Below the pieces are notes generated by a model. It made no database searches. It was not told where the DNA came from and saw nothing but the letters and a program-made list of their open reading frames with translations. Of a DNA stretch of 64,000 bases, positions 52,714-64,000 are shown piece by piece. The translations under genes and the position numbers were made by a program. Position 1 is the first letter of the stretch; each line of letters starts with the position of its first letter. This DNA comes from Antedon mediterranea (Eukaryota; Animalia; Echinodermata): assembly GCF_964355755.1 (NCBI RefSeq), contig NC_092675.1:15100912-15164911 (forward strand), read 5' to 3'.

Positions 52714-53004
52714 GGTGATATCTCAGAATACTTTAGAGTCTTATCTAAATGTAACAATAAGTTTGATTGCCTAATTAAGGAGATGTTGTGGATCAAAGAG
52801 ATAACCCTTCCATCAAAGCTAAATTGTTTATCTAACTAAGTAGGAGGAGCTAATTACTTAATTAGCCCTCAATTAGCATTTCCTGTCACCAACTTTGGTG
52901 CTTAGTGCACATAATTATTATTGTTTTGTATTCACTTGATCTTGAAAATGGTTCTATGATGGTACCGAAACGTCGATCTCTCTTTTTGTCATTAAATTTT
53001 ATAT
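52714..53004 (+). mobile_element. Penelope-like element 3' end/pLTR
   Basis: FRVLSKCNNKFDCLIKEMLWIKEI...SIKAKLFI* resembles the GIY-YIG C-terminus of Penelope elements, followed by a hammerhead-like motif. Confidence 0.78.
52938..52978 (+). ncRNA. Minimal type I hammerhead-like ribozyme (variant core) in a Penelope pLTR
   Basis: gat-CTTGAAAA-t-ggttc..gtacc-GAAA-cgtc-gatc, which is the expected position and layout for a PLE hammerhead. Confidence 0.55.
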
Positions 53005-53098
53005 TGAAATTAATCAGATATTATATTTGAAATTCATGCCTGTACCTGAGCTTTAAGTGTAGCATTGTGTAATTGTTATATTATTTGGCTTTCACTAT

Positions 53099-53801
53099 GG
53101 GCCTGTTCGTAGGGGTTGAAAATACCAGCTTATTCCCGATTTCCGTTCGCGTGATCCAATTAACTTTTGCCTCAGGCTACAAAAAATTCGAGGCAAAATG
53201 TTCACCAAATTTGCAGGTTATTTCAGCGATAATCCAATTATACTCGACCTTCGAGGATAATAAATCTCCGATAGAGGCAATGTGTCAAATTTTGACAAAC
53301 GTTCGCTGCCTAGGCCCGTCATTTCTCCTACGAAGCTCTTCCATACACGCTTCGAGAGCGATCGTCAGCTGGTGCTGTCCTTGTTGGTGTAGACCGCTTA
53401 GTAGGCCTAGCTGGTCGGTGGTGTTTCCGTCGTGTAACATTGGGCTCAAATTCTTCGTCAATGAGTAAAATAATGGTCGTCAGGAGAAGGTATATTTCGG
53501 CAGGATTATCGGCGTTAAGAGGCATAAGGTTTGTCGCAAGGATAAGCAGTGTAAAAGGTAGCAAGTAATTGTTATTGTAAAGAAAGATCGCGAGTAAAAA
53601 ATATACAAAACGCGAAACTAGCGTGCGAAAATGGGGTCGTAGGTTGTAAAGACAACTGACCTTATAACGTAATTTCCGGTTTGTGATTCGTCGATTAAGC
53701 ATTTAAGCGGTTAAATATTTCAAGTACGAACAACGCTCAATTTATAACCCGAGGCATGGGTGAAATTAAGCGCTTATTTTAACCACCGTACGAACACGAC
53801 C
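53099..53801. mobile_element. PIF/Harbinger-like MITE
   Basis: tat|gggcctgttcgta...tacgaacacgacc|tat, an imperfect TIR with 3-bp TSD. Confidence 0.75.
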
Positions 53802-54042
53802 TATGACTACATTCAGACATGGTATGGTATAGTTGAAATATAGCTACTATAGCAGCTATAGCTGAGGTTTCAGGCAAGTGACCAATGTGTCACAGTAGGA
53901 AAGTAATAAACAGCTTTCCCAAGGCTATTTTCAGCCTGTTTGTAATAGCTGGTGATAAAGCAATTGCCAGATCTTTGTTTGCTGTTTATAATATAACAGC
54001 TATCTCAGGGCTATTTTCAGCCTGTTTGTTAAAGCTGATCAA

Positions 54043-54695
54043 AAGAAATTGCACAGCTATTTGTTTACTGTTTATGGCTATACAGTATTAAATATAGCAA
54101 TTACACAGCTATTTGTTTGCTATTTATGGCTATATCAAGTATGGCAATTACACAGCTATTTGTTTGCTATTTATGGCTATATCAAGTATAGCAATTACAC
54201 AGCTATTTGTTTGCTATTTATGGCTATATCAAGTATAGCAATTGCACAGCTATTTGTTTGCTATTTATGGCAAAATCAAATATAGCAATTGCACAGCTAT
54301 TTGTTTGCTATTTATGGCTATATCAAGTATAGCAATTGCACAGCTATTTGTTTGCTATTTATGGCTATATCAAGTATAGCAATTGCACAGCTATTTGTTT
54401 GCTATTTATTGCTATATCAAGTATAGCAATTGCACAGCTATTTGTTTGCTATTTATGGCTATATCAAGTATAGCAATTGCACAGCTAGTTGTTTGCTATT
54501 CATGGCTATATCAGGTATAGCAGTTACACAGCTATTTATTTGCTACTTTTGCTATATCAAGTATAGCAATTGTAAGCTATTTAATTGCTATTTATGCTGT
54601 ATTATCAGGTATAGCAATTACACAGCGATTTAATTGATATTTTTGCTGTATCAATTATAGCAATTGCAAGCTATTTGTTTGCTATTTATTGCTAT
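54043..54695. repeat. 47-bp tandem repeat (agcaattgcacagctatttgtttgctatttatggctatatcaagtat), ~14 copies
   Basis: Period 47 (e.g. 54241 and 54288), degenerating at both ends. Confidence 0.92.
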
Positions 54696-54721
54696 GACCA
54701 ATCCTGCACCTTAGTGACTTA

Positions 54722-55706
54722 GGGTATGTTCAGACCTACGGAGTTATGCTTTTGTATCACAGCCAAGGTCATATTTTAATGAGCGTCGTAAGAGCAAAGT
54801 GTTCAGATTCATTGCAACAAAGTTGCGTTACAAACGGATATGATGTCACTCGCTGGCGATTAACCAAACTCTAACGCACGCATAGACCTACCTTCGTTGT
54901 TATTAAAAGTAGTAGTGGTTGGTTTAGGAGTTACAGGCCTAGACCGAACACTTGGGCTCGGCATTATCGACTGGTTGTCAGGCATACCAACCAGCCGATC
55001 GTTTTGGGGTTTGGGTTTATATTTGGTCTATGACCTAAAATATCATTTATGGCAGAAAAATGTTCAAATCCCGTACTTGCACCGGCTCCAGATTTATTTA
55101 CTCGGTCTTTCGCCGCTTTATACGACGACCCCTTCAATTTCGTTTGGATATTAAATCCTTCTTTATGAGGATGGCCCATCTGCTAACGTGTCCGCCATGT
55201 CGTTGAAAACAGACATCTTGTTGCCACCGGTGCTTTTACGCCAGTTTCACTTCCAACCGATCTCCGAACTCAGGGCTTCCCCACAATGAAATAAGGTATT
55301 TTACTTCGGTTTCTCGCCAATGCGCACGCTTTGATGACATTTTAAATTAATTAATATAATAATAATAATACTGTATAGTGTAACAACAAAAGGTATGATT
55401 TTTTCGCACGTTCACCGATCACAACAAATGGATCAGCTTGGCTATACGATGAGGAGAACATGTCACGATGTGATGTGGCGAATATTGTAATTTGATTGGC
55501 TAGATATCTAACCTAGGTCATATTCATCGATGCGTGACTTTCGTATTGTAAGCGACGTCCACTAAACTCATACCTTGAGCTTTCGTAGCGTACGAAATAT
55601 CAGTGTCGTACGAGGTGGCTTCCACTAATCTTTTCCTGGTTCAGACCTATGGACTTGTACGTCGCGTACAATACGAAAGCATAACTCCGTAGGTCTGAAC
55701 AGGCCC
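54722..55706 (-). mobile_element. PIF/Harbinger-derived element with a Myb/SANT remnant
   Basis: tta|ggg..tgttcagacctacggagttatgcttt TIR matched at the right end with TSD TTA. Minus-strand YKAAKDRVNKSGAG...FEHFSAINDILGHRPNINP. Confidence 0.88.
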
Positions 55707-55724
55707 TTAAGCTCCAGTCCTACT

Positions 55725-56144
55725 ATCGGTTTTTTTCTTCTGTCTTCCAAAGGGACACTGTATTGATTGATGGAAAGTGCCTGTTTCCAGTCACCTTTAG
55801 GGTCAAATCTATTATTTTAACTGCTCCCTTGTGTATAAAAGAGAGAAAATAGTTGAAACAAGGTAAACTCATCGTGAACCCGGAAATTACTGCAAAGAAT
55901 TGAAATTGAGTTGAAAATCTACTGTTGAAATCATAAATTTTGTTAAAAAAACTCTTTATATAAAGAGAGCCAAGCACCTAAAGATTGAGTTCATACTCAT
56001 GAAACAGCCTGTAGTGCAATAAAATGTTCAGTTGGTAATTTACTAGCGTCTTTATCATTTATTTATATATATATATATATTATATAATATCTTCCTAAAA
56101 TAGAAATATGGAACAATATCGTAATAGTGAAAACTAATGTTATC
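55725..56144 (-). mobile_element. Helitron copy 2, continuation
   Basis: Colinear with ~11268-11577 in the same orientation as 37360-37929. Confidence 0.85.
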
Positions 56145-56145
56145 A

Positions 56146-57310
56146 CTAGATTTGAACTCGTCACTTCGGACGAGTTAGTTATCCGCACGACAAACGCCAT
56201 GTGCAAATCATACGTAACTTACGTTAGAATATTGCGCATGGAAAAAGATTATGCCATTATAACCTGAATCAAATAATATGTTAGTGATGAATTCTGTCTA
56301 TATTGTGTCATACACAGTGCAACTGTATACATACTACATACAGTGTATTAGCATAGGGTAAATTACGAGACCCGCCTTTAATTCAAATTTTTAATATGAT
56401 GACGTAATCAAAATGAATCACAAAGATAGCAAGTTCGCAAGAAAAGTATCTGAGCAACAACTTATTAACGTGTTGAAGAAATTTTGGTACGTAAAATGTA
56501 GATGCGCGCACCTTTAAATGCGATGAATTATGGCGCAGAAGATGAAAATTCGACATTATTAATATAACTGGTCATATGATGACGTCACATCATCCGATTA
56601 CGTCACATCATCCGATTGAAAAAATGGTTACATGAATTCATATCTACAGTTCAACAGCTTCCAGAAAACGTTTTATTCATGGGTATCACTTTTTATTCTG
56701 AGGAGCTATAACATATTGGAATTTACTGCAAAGATGAAAATAGGTGACCCATATCATCCAAATTCTTTGACGTGATGACGTCATAAAATAAAAAATCACC
56801 TTCCGGAAAGACATTGGTCTAAGCTATAACATACCAAAATCAGAAAAATATTTGAGCACGAAATAAGCGAGATACGCGTATATGACTGTAAAAATTGATG
56901 ACGTCATCGCAAAAAAAACAATTTTGGAATTCAAGTGGCCATATGATGACGTCACAATGTCCGTTAAGCCATTTTGATGTATGATTCAATATCTACAACT
57001 TATCACCTTCCAGAATATGTTATCCATAAAAAGTTGACCGTTTAGTTTAGAAACTATGACCGATTAAAAAAAGGCATAAATTTGACGATATTTTATAACT
57101 TTTTCATCAAAAACGCGCGCGAGTTGTGTAATTCGACGTGCTCGTATGACGTGATTTATAGTCGAAATGGTTCCAAATTTCGTAAAATGACTATAAAAGG
57201 CTGAAAAAATATAATTTGCGCAAAAAAATGACGTTCTTTACGCTTTGTGCGTTTTCAGTCGGTCGCTCAAAAAGACTGCCGACAGAAGACCGTAATAAAT
57301 ACAGACCTAG
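56146..57310 (-). mobile_element. Second Helitron-like family member (far boundary uncertain)
   Basis: Minus-strand 3' end: hairpin aactcgtc-cgaagt-gacgagtt then CTAG|T. Many tgatgacgtca motifs, and shares sequence with the elements at 478 and 51648. Confidence 0.6.
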
Positions 57311-57971
57311 TTTTTTTGGTCACATGGCATGAAACGCGATACTCTGGTGGCTGCCGTCTGACGACGATAAAACGGTAATTAAGATCGTGTACCTGGATTT
57401 TGTGTCACATGACATGAAACATAATACTCTCTCTCTAGGTCTAAACTGCTCACATGTTTTTTCCCCTCCAAATTCTGGTCGAGCCTTTTTCTTTACACAT
57501 ATCGTAATCATTTTAAAAGGCCTAGGCCCTAGGCCTATGTTAAATCTTAATATGGAATATATATTTATAGGCCTAGTGTAGCCCGCCGAAACTAGGCTAG
57601 CCTAGACTCTCTTTCTCTCTGCATGAGCTGAGGTCCACAGGCCCGATGTCGTCTCATCGGCAAATTTCCATCCAAATTAGGATAACCTAGGCCTAGTCTC
57701 AGATTTGTTGGTTCTGTGAAATGATACCAATGTTGTTTCACCATACAAGCAATACAGTCGGGTTTTAATCACTCAGACGCGTTTTCTATTGTTTTACCTA
57801 CTAACAGTGAAGACGGGATTTAATCACACAGACGCGTCTTCGCCGCGATTGGGTAGCTCATGAATATTCATAATAGATCGTTAATGAGGTTCAGCATTGG
57901 ACAGACGCGTCTGAAAACTTGCAACCCATCAGACGCGTCTCTGTGGTCTGAAATAATTTGTAGATGACGCC

Positions 57972-59445
57972 TTAGTAGCTTTTTAAGTAATAGAGTACAA
58001 CGTGTGCGAGTATCGGGGATTCTTTCGGATAAACAGATAACTAATGTCGGATCCCCACAAGGTTGTGTTCTCTCGCCATTATTATATGTTTTGTATACGA
58101 ATGATTGTAAATCTACTCATCCGGACAATTATTTTATTAATTAAGTACGCCGACTATACAGTCTTATTAGGTTTAATTGATAAGAATGACGAGACATTGT
58201 ATACAAACTCAGTGAATCTATTTATTACATGGTGTGTAGATAATCGTTAAGTTATTAACAAAAGTAAAACTAAAGAAATGATTTTTGACTTCCGAAATCG
58301 TTCTAATCAACCGGATTATGTTCAGGTTAAAATCAATGAAGTTGATATTGATATTGTGTCCAAATATAAATATCTTGGAATGGTAATCGACAACAAGCTT
58401 AATTGGGGTGAACATGTCTATTTACACAGACGAGCGGTAACGGTAAGCGGTAAAGTTGAGCGGAAAACGCAAAAATAGAATCTATGTTATTTCTTATGAC
58501 CATTTACACAGAACGCGGAGCGAACGAGCGAAAATCCGCTCAGGATCGAAACAGATTCGATTTTGTGAAAATATATTTATGGATTTTGGCCGACATAATT
58601 GATATGACGTCATCTATCAACAACTTTTTTTTGCGTCCATCGAGTGAAAGACGACAGTATATACGAATGCCGTAGTAGGCCTAGCCTAGTTTGCAACTTC
58701 TTTTTATTCAGAAATACAAACACCTACGACGTGACTAATGTTCGTATAAGGATAGTGAAAAGAAAATATACATTTTAGTATGTTATTAGGCAACAATTCC
58801 CTATAAAACTTAGGTCTGTGTGTGCTAGGCCTACTGACAGTCAGTCACATCCAGGCCAGCAGTGACTGTAACATGCATTAGCCTTGAGGCCTACACGCAC
58901 CTACTTTCCACCACTACGTTCGCAAACTCCGCGCGCTGTGTGAATGGAAAAAGCCACGCGGTTTTTCGCTTACAATTACCGCTTACCGTTACCACTCATC
59001 TGTGTAAATTGGCCTTTAGGGCAACTCTAGATTGTACTTTTTAAGAAAATTAAACTTGTTTAATGTTGACAACACAATATTAGGTCTATTTTATAAGTCG
59101 GTCATGGAAAGTGTCTTAGTTTATGGTTGTCTGATATGGTTCAGTAGTTTTAGAAAATCAGACCTAAAGAATGTTCAATGTTTAGTAAACAAGGCGTGCA
59201 GAATAAGTAAACAGATCATTAGATTTGATGATGTTTGTAACATCAAAATCTATGATAAGGTCATTGCCATAATAAAAGATGGGAGTCATCCGCTCTATAG
59301 TGATTTTCAATGGTTGAGATCTGGCCGTTGTTAAGTAGTTGAATTTTGTTGCTATGTAGTTTTATTGTATTAACCTTTTAACTTTGAGCAATTGTATGTC
59401 ACATGAATTTCCGTATGGACAAATAAAATGAACTATGAACTATCA
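57972..59445 (+). mobile_element. Rex1/Babar-like LINE 3' portion, interrupted by a MITE
   Basis: GSPQGCVLSPLLYVLYTNDC, KYADYT, KTKEMIFDFR, YKYLGMVIDNKLNW, YFLRKLNLFNVD. Tail aatttccg...aataaaa(tgaacta)n. Confidence 0.88.
58414..59015. mobile_element. PIF/Harbinger-like MITE inside the LINE
   Basis: IR tttacacaga.gag.ggtaacggtaagcggtaa at both ends. TSD not resolved. Confidence 0.75.
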
Positions 59446-59633
59446 ACCTTATATATCTTGGATCGGTCAAGCCGTGAACGGACACTAAAGTTTAAATCGA
59501 GATTGGCCCACTACGGGCCGTTTACGATAAACTTTTGATAGGATCGGCTCGAGAGGCATGTGAACGGCTATTGAAAGTCGTTTACATGCTTGCATGCATG
59601 GAAAGCAAAGAATTGGTAAATAAAATGACTTAC

Positions 59634-59733
59634 ATTAGTTGATCGATCTGGGCCATTCCAACATCCCTTTCCACGTGTGTACTTCATTAGACTATATTTA
59701 TCATCTGGGGGTCCATCCCATTCTCCCCATGTT
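59634..59733 (-). CDS. PRKCSH: Glucosidase II subunit beta, penultimate coding exon (MRH domain)
   Basis: ttatag|(G)TWGEWDGPPDDKYSLMKYTRGKGCWNGPDRSTN|gtaagt. The CWNGPxRS signature is present and phases match the flanking exons. Confidence 0.95.
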
Positions 59734-59756
59734 CTATAATAAACAAAAAATACATT

Positions 59757-62520
59757 ATTGATTGATTGATTGATTTCTTTATTACTCGAGTCAACACAGA
59801 TACATACAATAAAAAAATGTAAACAATTAAAATCAGTACAACAGACTCAAGTTAAAAGGATCTCCCAAAAAGTAAAAAACTTATTTCCATTGGGGTCCAG
59901 AAACACAGAGAAACAAATTGCACAGATTCCTTATACTAAAAAGAGATTAGATTAACAGTTAAAATCCAAAATGTAAAATACGAAATATTTTAAAATATAA
60001 TAGTATAATATTTAAAATTTGTATAAAATGAGTCTGTTTAAAAGAGGTTATGTTCGACGATTTCTTGATATAAAGAGGAAGATTGTTCCATGCTTTAATA
60101 GCGTTAAAACAAAACGTTTTGCTACCACATCCTTTAATTATTGGGATACGGAAATTACACATAGTGCTACTTCTGGTCACTCTCCTGATAAGTGTAAAAT
60201 GCTCATTTAGGTACAATGGAGCAGTGTCGTTAAAAATCTTAAAAACAAAGCATAAACTTAAAAATTTAACCCTATTTACCATATTTAAAAGTCTTAATTC
60301 TTGAAGTTCCGACTGACCAACATAAGATCTAACATTAGATTGATTATTAAACCTAACTATTTTATTTTGAGATGTTTGAAGTTTATTTTTTAGAGGCTGT
60401 GATACATCGTAACACCATGCTTGGGCAGCGTAGTCGAAGAGCGGTTGGAGTAAAGCGGAACATAGTAGTTTTCTACTAAACTTATCTAGATTTTTATTTT
60501 GCCTGTACAAAAATTTAGGGCGGCTATTTATTTTATTAATTATAGAATTGGCTATTAGGTCACCAGAAGCCTGTTGGTCTATTTTTACACCTAGATAATT
60601 TATATCTTTGCTGGCTACAATGTCTTGACCTAATGCATTTAATTTAAAATTAACATTGTTTAGACGTCGTTTAGTACCAAATATTGTCAACTAACCAGTC
60701 ATTGCAGTTATTTAAACAATCGTTCAATTTAGCTTCAATAATATTAGGATTTGGATCGCTATACAAAATAGCACAATCGTCGGCATAAAGAAAAAGTTTA
60801 CATTGAGGATCAATTGATGTAACAATGTCATTAATATACACTAAGAAAAGTAGGGGGCCCAGAATACTACCCTGTGGCACCCCATGTTCTATGCTATTAT
60901 GACCCGATGTTGCATTCTTAACAGCAACATATTGTTTTCTGTCTGATAAATAAGACCGGAACCAGCCAGTGGAATCACAGCCTATATCATACAATTTTTC
61001 ACATATAATACCATGATCAACTGAATCAAAGGCTTTACGTATGTCCAACAAAATCATCCTGGTAAGTTGACCATTAGCCATTTTTGATTTAACATGGTCG
61101 ATGAGATGAATGAGACAGGTCTCAGTTGAGAAACCTTCTCTGAAGCCAGATTGTAGGCTATATATCAGATTGTTGTTTTTAAGATGAATAGCTAGTTGGA
61201 TATACGTTGCCCTTTCAAGAACTTTAGAAGCAGTGCATAAAGCGCTAACAGTTTAAAGTCATCAGGTACATTATCACTAACAATTGATGCATTAATTACA
61301 TGTGTCAGTGGAAGCTTGAGGATACCTGCCCCATCTCGTAAGAAACGAGCAGGAATTTCATCAGGGCCAGCACCTTTACTAACATTTAATCTGCTTAATT
61401 CAGCATGTACAAAATCATCACTAACAGGCTCGAGTTTAAATCTAATTATGTTTTTATCATAATAGTTTTTAAATTTTGCTGAATGTGGGTTATATAAATT
61501 TTTCCTAGGAGGAAGGTTTTTTTTTAAGGTTGTCAAGTTGCAATGTCGTTGGGATCATGTAAAATGTCACCCCTTTCGTTTTTGAGAACTAGATTAGAAT
61601 CACCTTTAAAGTTATTTTTGTAACCAAAGCTACTTAAGGTTAGTCTTTATACTGTTTGGTCAATGGGTTCTTGCTATCAAAAAGATTGATGTTAAAGTCG
61701 CCAAGAACAAAACATTCAGAATCATTACCTATTAGGTCAATAACGCTGTTGAAGTCGTCAATGAAGCTGTGATATTTTGGTGGTCGATATACGCATCCAA
61801 CAATTATCGGTTTTGAATAAGGCAAGATAATTTCTATCCAAATGGATTCTAGAACCTGGATAAGTAGATCTGATCTCTCATTGAACGCAAGTTGATCGCT
61901 TACATATAAGAGGGTTCCTCCGTGTGAGTCATTTAGACGATCTTGCCTAACAGCACTATAACCACTTATTCGAATCTCATTGTATGTCACCGTTGCATTT
62001 AACCAGGTTTCTGTGACTGCCAGCACATCAGCTTGGGTATTTTCCGCAATCAACTTGATTTCTGATAGCTTTGGTAATAAAGATCGTGCATTTAGATGAA
62101 GAAATGTTAATCCTTTATTTTTGAAAACTGAAAGATCCACTGAGGGATCAAAACCATCAGTGATTATTTTCTGACGTGATGGTGGGTGATTCGGAACAAC
62201 TTCATTTATATAATTGGGTATGTGCACAAAAAGACATTTTGGGCAAATCCAAGTAGTGAAACTTGCTTTCTTATATTCGGTTGGAGACACTCGTCCACAT
62301 TTTATGTGGCAGTCAATGTTGCAATCAGTACATCTTATATACCTATGTGATACTGCAACAGGTCTCTCACATACTGAACATGGGTTCTTCACTGTTCGAC
62401 TCTATCACCCGCAGATAGAAGGGTAATATGTAACGTAGCTGTGGAGTTACTGTAGTATGCGCATACGGTACCGTACTTGATTTTTCTTGATGTAGAAAAC
62501 TGGTGTTTTACCAATTACTT
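59757..62520 (-). mobile_element. L2/Crack/CR1-group LINE, ORF2 with PHD, APE and RT, frameshifted and internally deleted
   Basis: PHD CSVC...CTDCNIDCHIKC...WICPKC, APE HLNARSL/VTETWL/YRPP/LGDFN, RT LDIRKAFDSVDH, GVPQGSILGP, YADD. 3' aataaa plus (tcaa)n tail. Confidence 0.93.
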
Positions 62521-62692
62521 ATCTCAGTTCCCGTAGGAGAAATACATATGGCTCCGGTACCTTGTGTATTATGCACATAACATTGCAGAAGTAGACATAG
62601 GCCTATTGAGAAAAGTAGTATAGTGTCCATTCTTTACTTTCTTATTTTAATTGTCAGTGGTTGATGTTTCCATATAAATTCCAAGACGAGTA

Positions 62693-63105
62693 TATGGAAG
62701 GCAATCGCCGCCAAAAATACAAAAGTAAAACAAACAACGTACTTTCACAAACGAACAACGTACTTTCACAAACGAACGAAAAAATGGACGAGTCCTTAGT
62801 TCATTCGGCAATCTACATCGTTTGGTAAAGCAGGTTGTTCGTTTATCAATGTACGTTGTCCGTTTGTAAAAAATACGTTGTTCGCGTAAAAGTAGGTTGT
62901 TTGTTTTTTAAAGTACGTTGTTTGTTTTAAATTTGTTCGTTCGTTTGTGAAAGTAGGTTGTTCGTTTGTAAAAGTACGTTCTTTGTTTTAATTTAGATCG
63001 TTCGTTTGTGAAAGTAGGTTGTTCGTTTGTGAAAGTAGGTTGTTCGTTTGTGAAAGTACGTTGTTTTTTTTACTTTTGTATTTTTGGCGGCGATTGCCTT
63101 CCATA
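62693..63105. mobile_element. MITE with long TIRs and 21-bp internal repeats
   Basis: tatggaaggcaatcgccgccaaaaatacaaaagtaaaa... matched in reverse at the right end. Possible 6-bp TSD cgagta/cgagtg. Confidence 0.85.
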
Positions 63106-63791
63106 CGAGTGTACAAACAGAGTTCCGATGACATAAAAGTCCCTGACTACCAATGTAGCGTCCCTGGATACCAGCTTGCCGCGTAGGCCTAGCTAAGAAA
63201 GGTGTTGTAAAATACAATCAGTAACTGGAAACTCACGTTTTGTGTATCAATATCGATGTTAAATAGTATATGAATACTATTCCAGGTAAAGATATTCGTA
63301 AAATCCACAATGTAATAGTATATTTTAGTAATTTTAGTCTTGACTTTCTACGGAATTTTAATTATTGATTATTATTATATTACAGTACCTAAAAAGTGTA
63401 ATAAGGAAGCATACAACATATACCTATCTGATATTGGTAGGCAACATAGTGGATATTAAAACTTAAATTTATTCATGTTTTTCTGAAAGCTCCGCAAATA
63501 ATACAATTTTTAGACATTATGTAAAATCTGAAATAAACATATAGCAATGAAAAACAGAATAGACTAAAGCAGAACATATTACAACACTAACACGAAAATT
63601 ATAGTACTGTTTGAGCTGAGGTTGCTTTTAATTACTCTTTCATCCATTAAGATTTTCAGGAATTCTCATCATTTTTTCCTACATCACAAAGGTCACAGAG
63701 AGATTACAGCTTGCCATTACCTTCTAATGGAAGGTGTTTATATGACTGTGTACAAAGGGATTTATTTAAAATGCAATTCAAATTTACTTAC

Positions 63792-63866
63792 CCTAATGAT
63801 GTTTCTGCACCACCATTTTTAGGTCTTTGTGTTGATTTATCAAATGGACATAATTTGTAAGTATAC
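63792..63866 (-). CDS. PRKCSH: Glucosidase II subunit beta coding exon (MRH domain; gene continues beyond the window)
   Basis: ttgtag|(E)[25 protein letters not shown]|gtaagt. Confidence 0.95.
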
Positions 63867-64000
63867 CTACAATTTAAAAAATTACTATAATATAATAAAT
63901 ACTAATATTATCTTAGGCATTACGACTCCAGAAATAGATTTTGGAGTAAATGTTGTATAGTAAAGGCAGTGTCAATAGCTTATAATTAATTCCAACCTCT

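Larger units (their letters stand above)
51346..53052. mobile_element. Kolobok-like MITE (inverted copy of 34254-34395) expanded by nested insertions
   Basis: ttaa|aggccaggtgc...(51442) and (53005)...gtacctgagct|ttaa match the two halves of the 142-bp element. Confidence 0.85.

Noticed and set aside
54049-54633. Repetitive Cys/Tyr-rich ORFs
   Set aside because: Translations of a 47-bp tandem repeat whose period is not a multiple of 3.
11813-55724. One giant ~44-kb Polinton with satellite-containing TIRs capturing the GPCRs
   Set aside because: The right module sits inside a split Helitron within a PRKCSH intron, the TAGC parts are diverged, and no shared terminus or TSD is seen. Two independent insertions fit better.

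Overview
AT-rich, intron-containing animal DNA, probably an invertebrate deuterostome such as an echinoderm (inference from gene and repeat content). Host genes read by manual splicing: (1) the last 10 coding exons of a Tie/TEK-family receptor tyrosine kinase on + (99-9457: TM, juxtamembrane, kinase, tail); (2) a tandemly duplicated single-exon class A GPCR, with a decayed copy (22417-23358) and an intact copy (30330-31403) whose E/DRY motif reads WCY; (3) the last 3 coding exons of glucosidase II beta (PRKCSH) on -, ending in HTEL, with a 24-kb last intron. The rest is nested mobile DNA: Helitrons and a Helentron-type element, Academ-, P-, Kolobok- and PIF/Harbinger-like elements, Polinton-type pPolB remnants, LINEs, SINEs, a Penelope end with a hammerhead-like motif, and two inverted arrays of a 35-bp satellite. 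Filled-versus-empty site comparisons inside the window show recurrent TA>TAGGCCTA and TA>TAC(A/T)GTA insertions that look like transposon excision footprints, one of them in frame in the GPCR. The satellite plus a TAGC-rich repeat may be the terminal module of a Polinton-like element. All alignments were done by eye and TE family calls need database confirmation.
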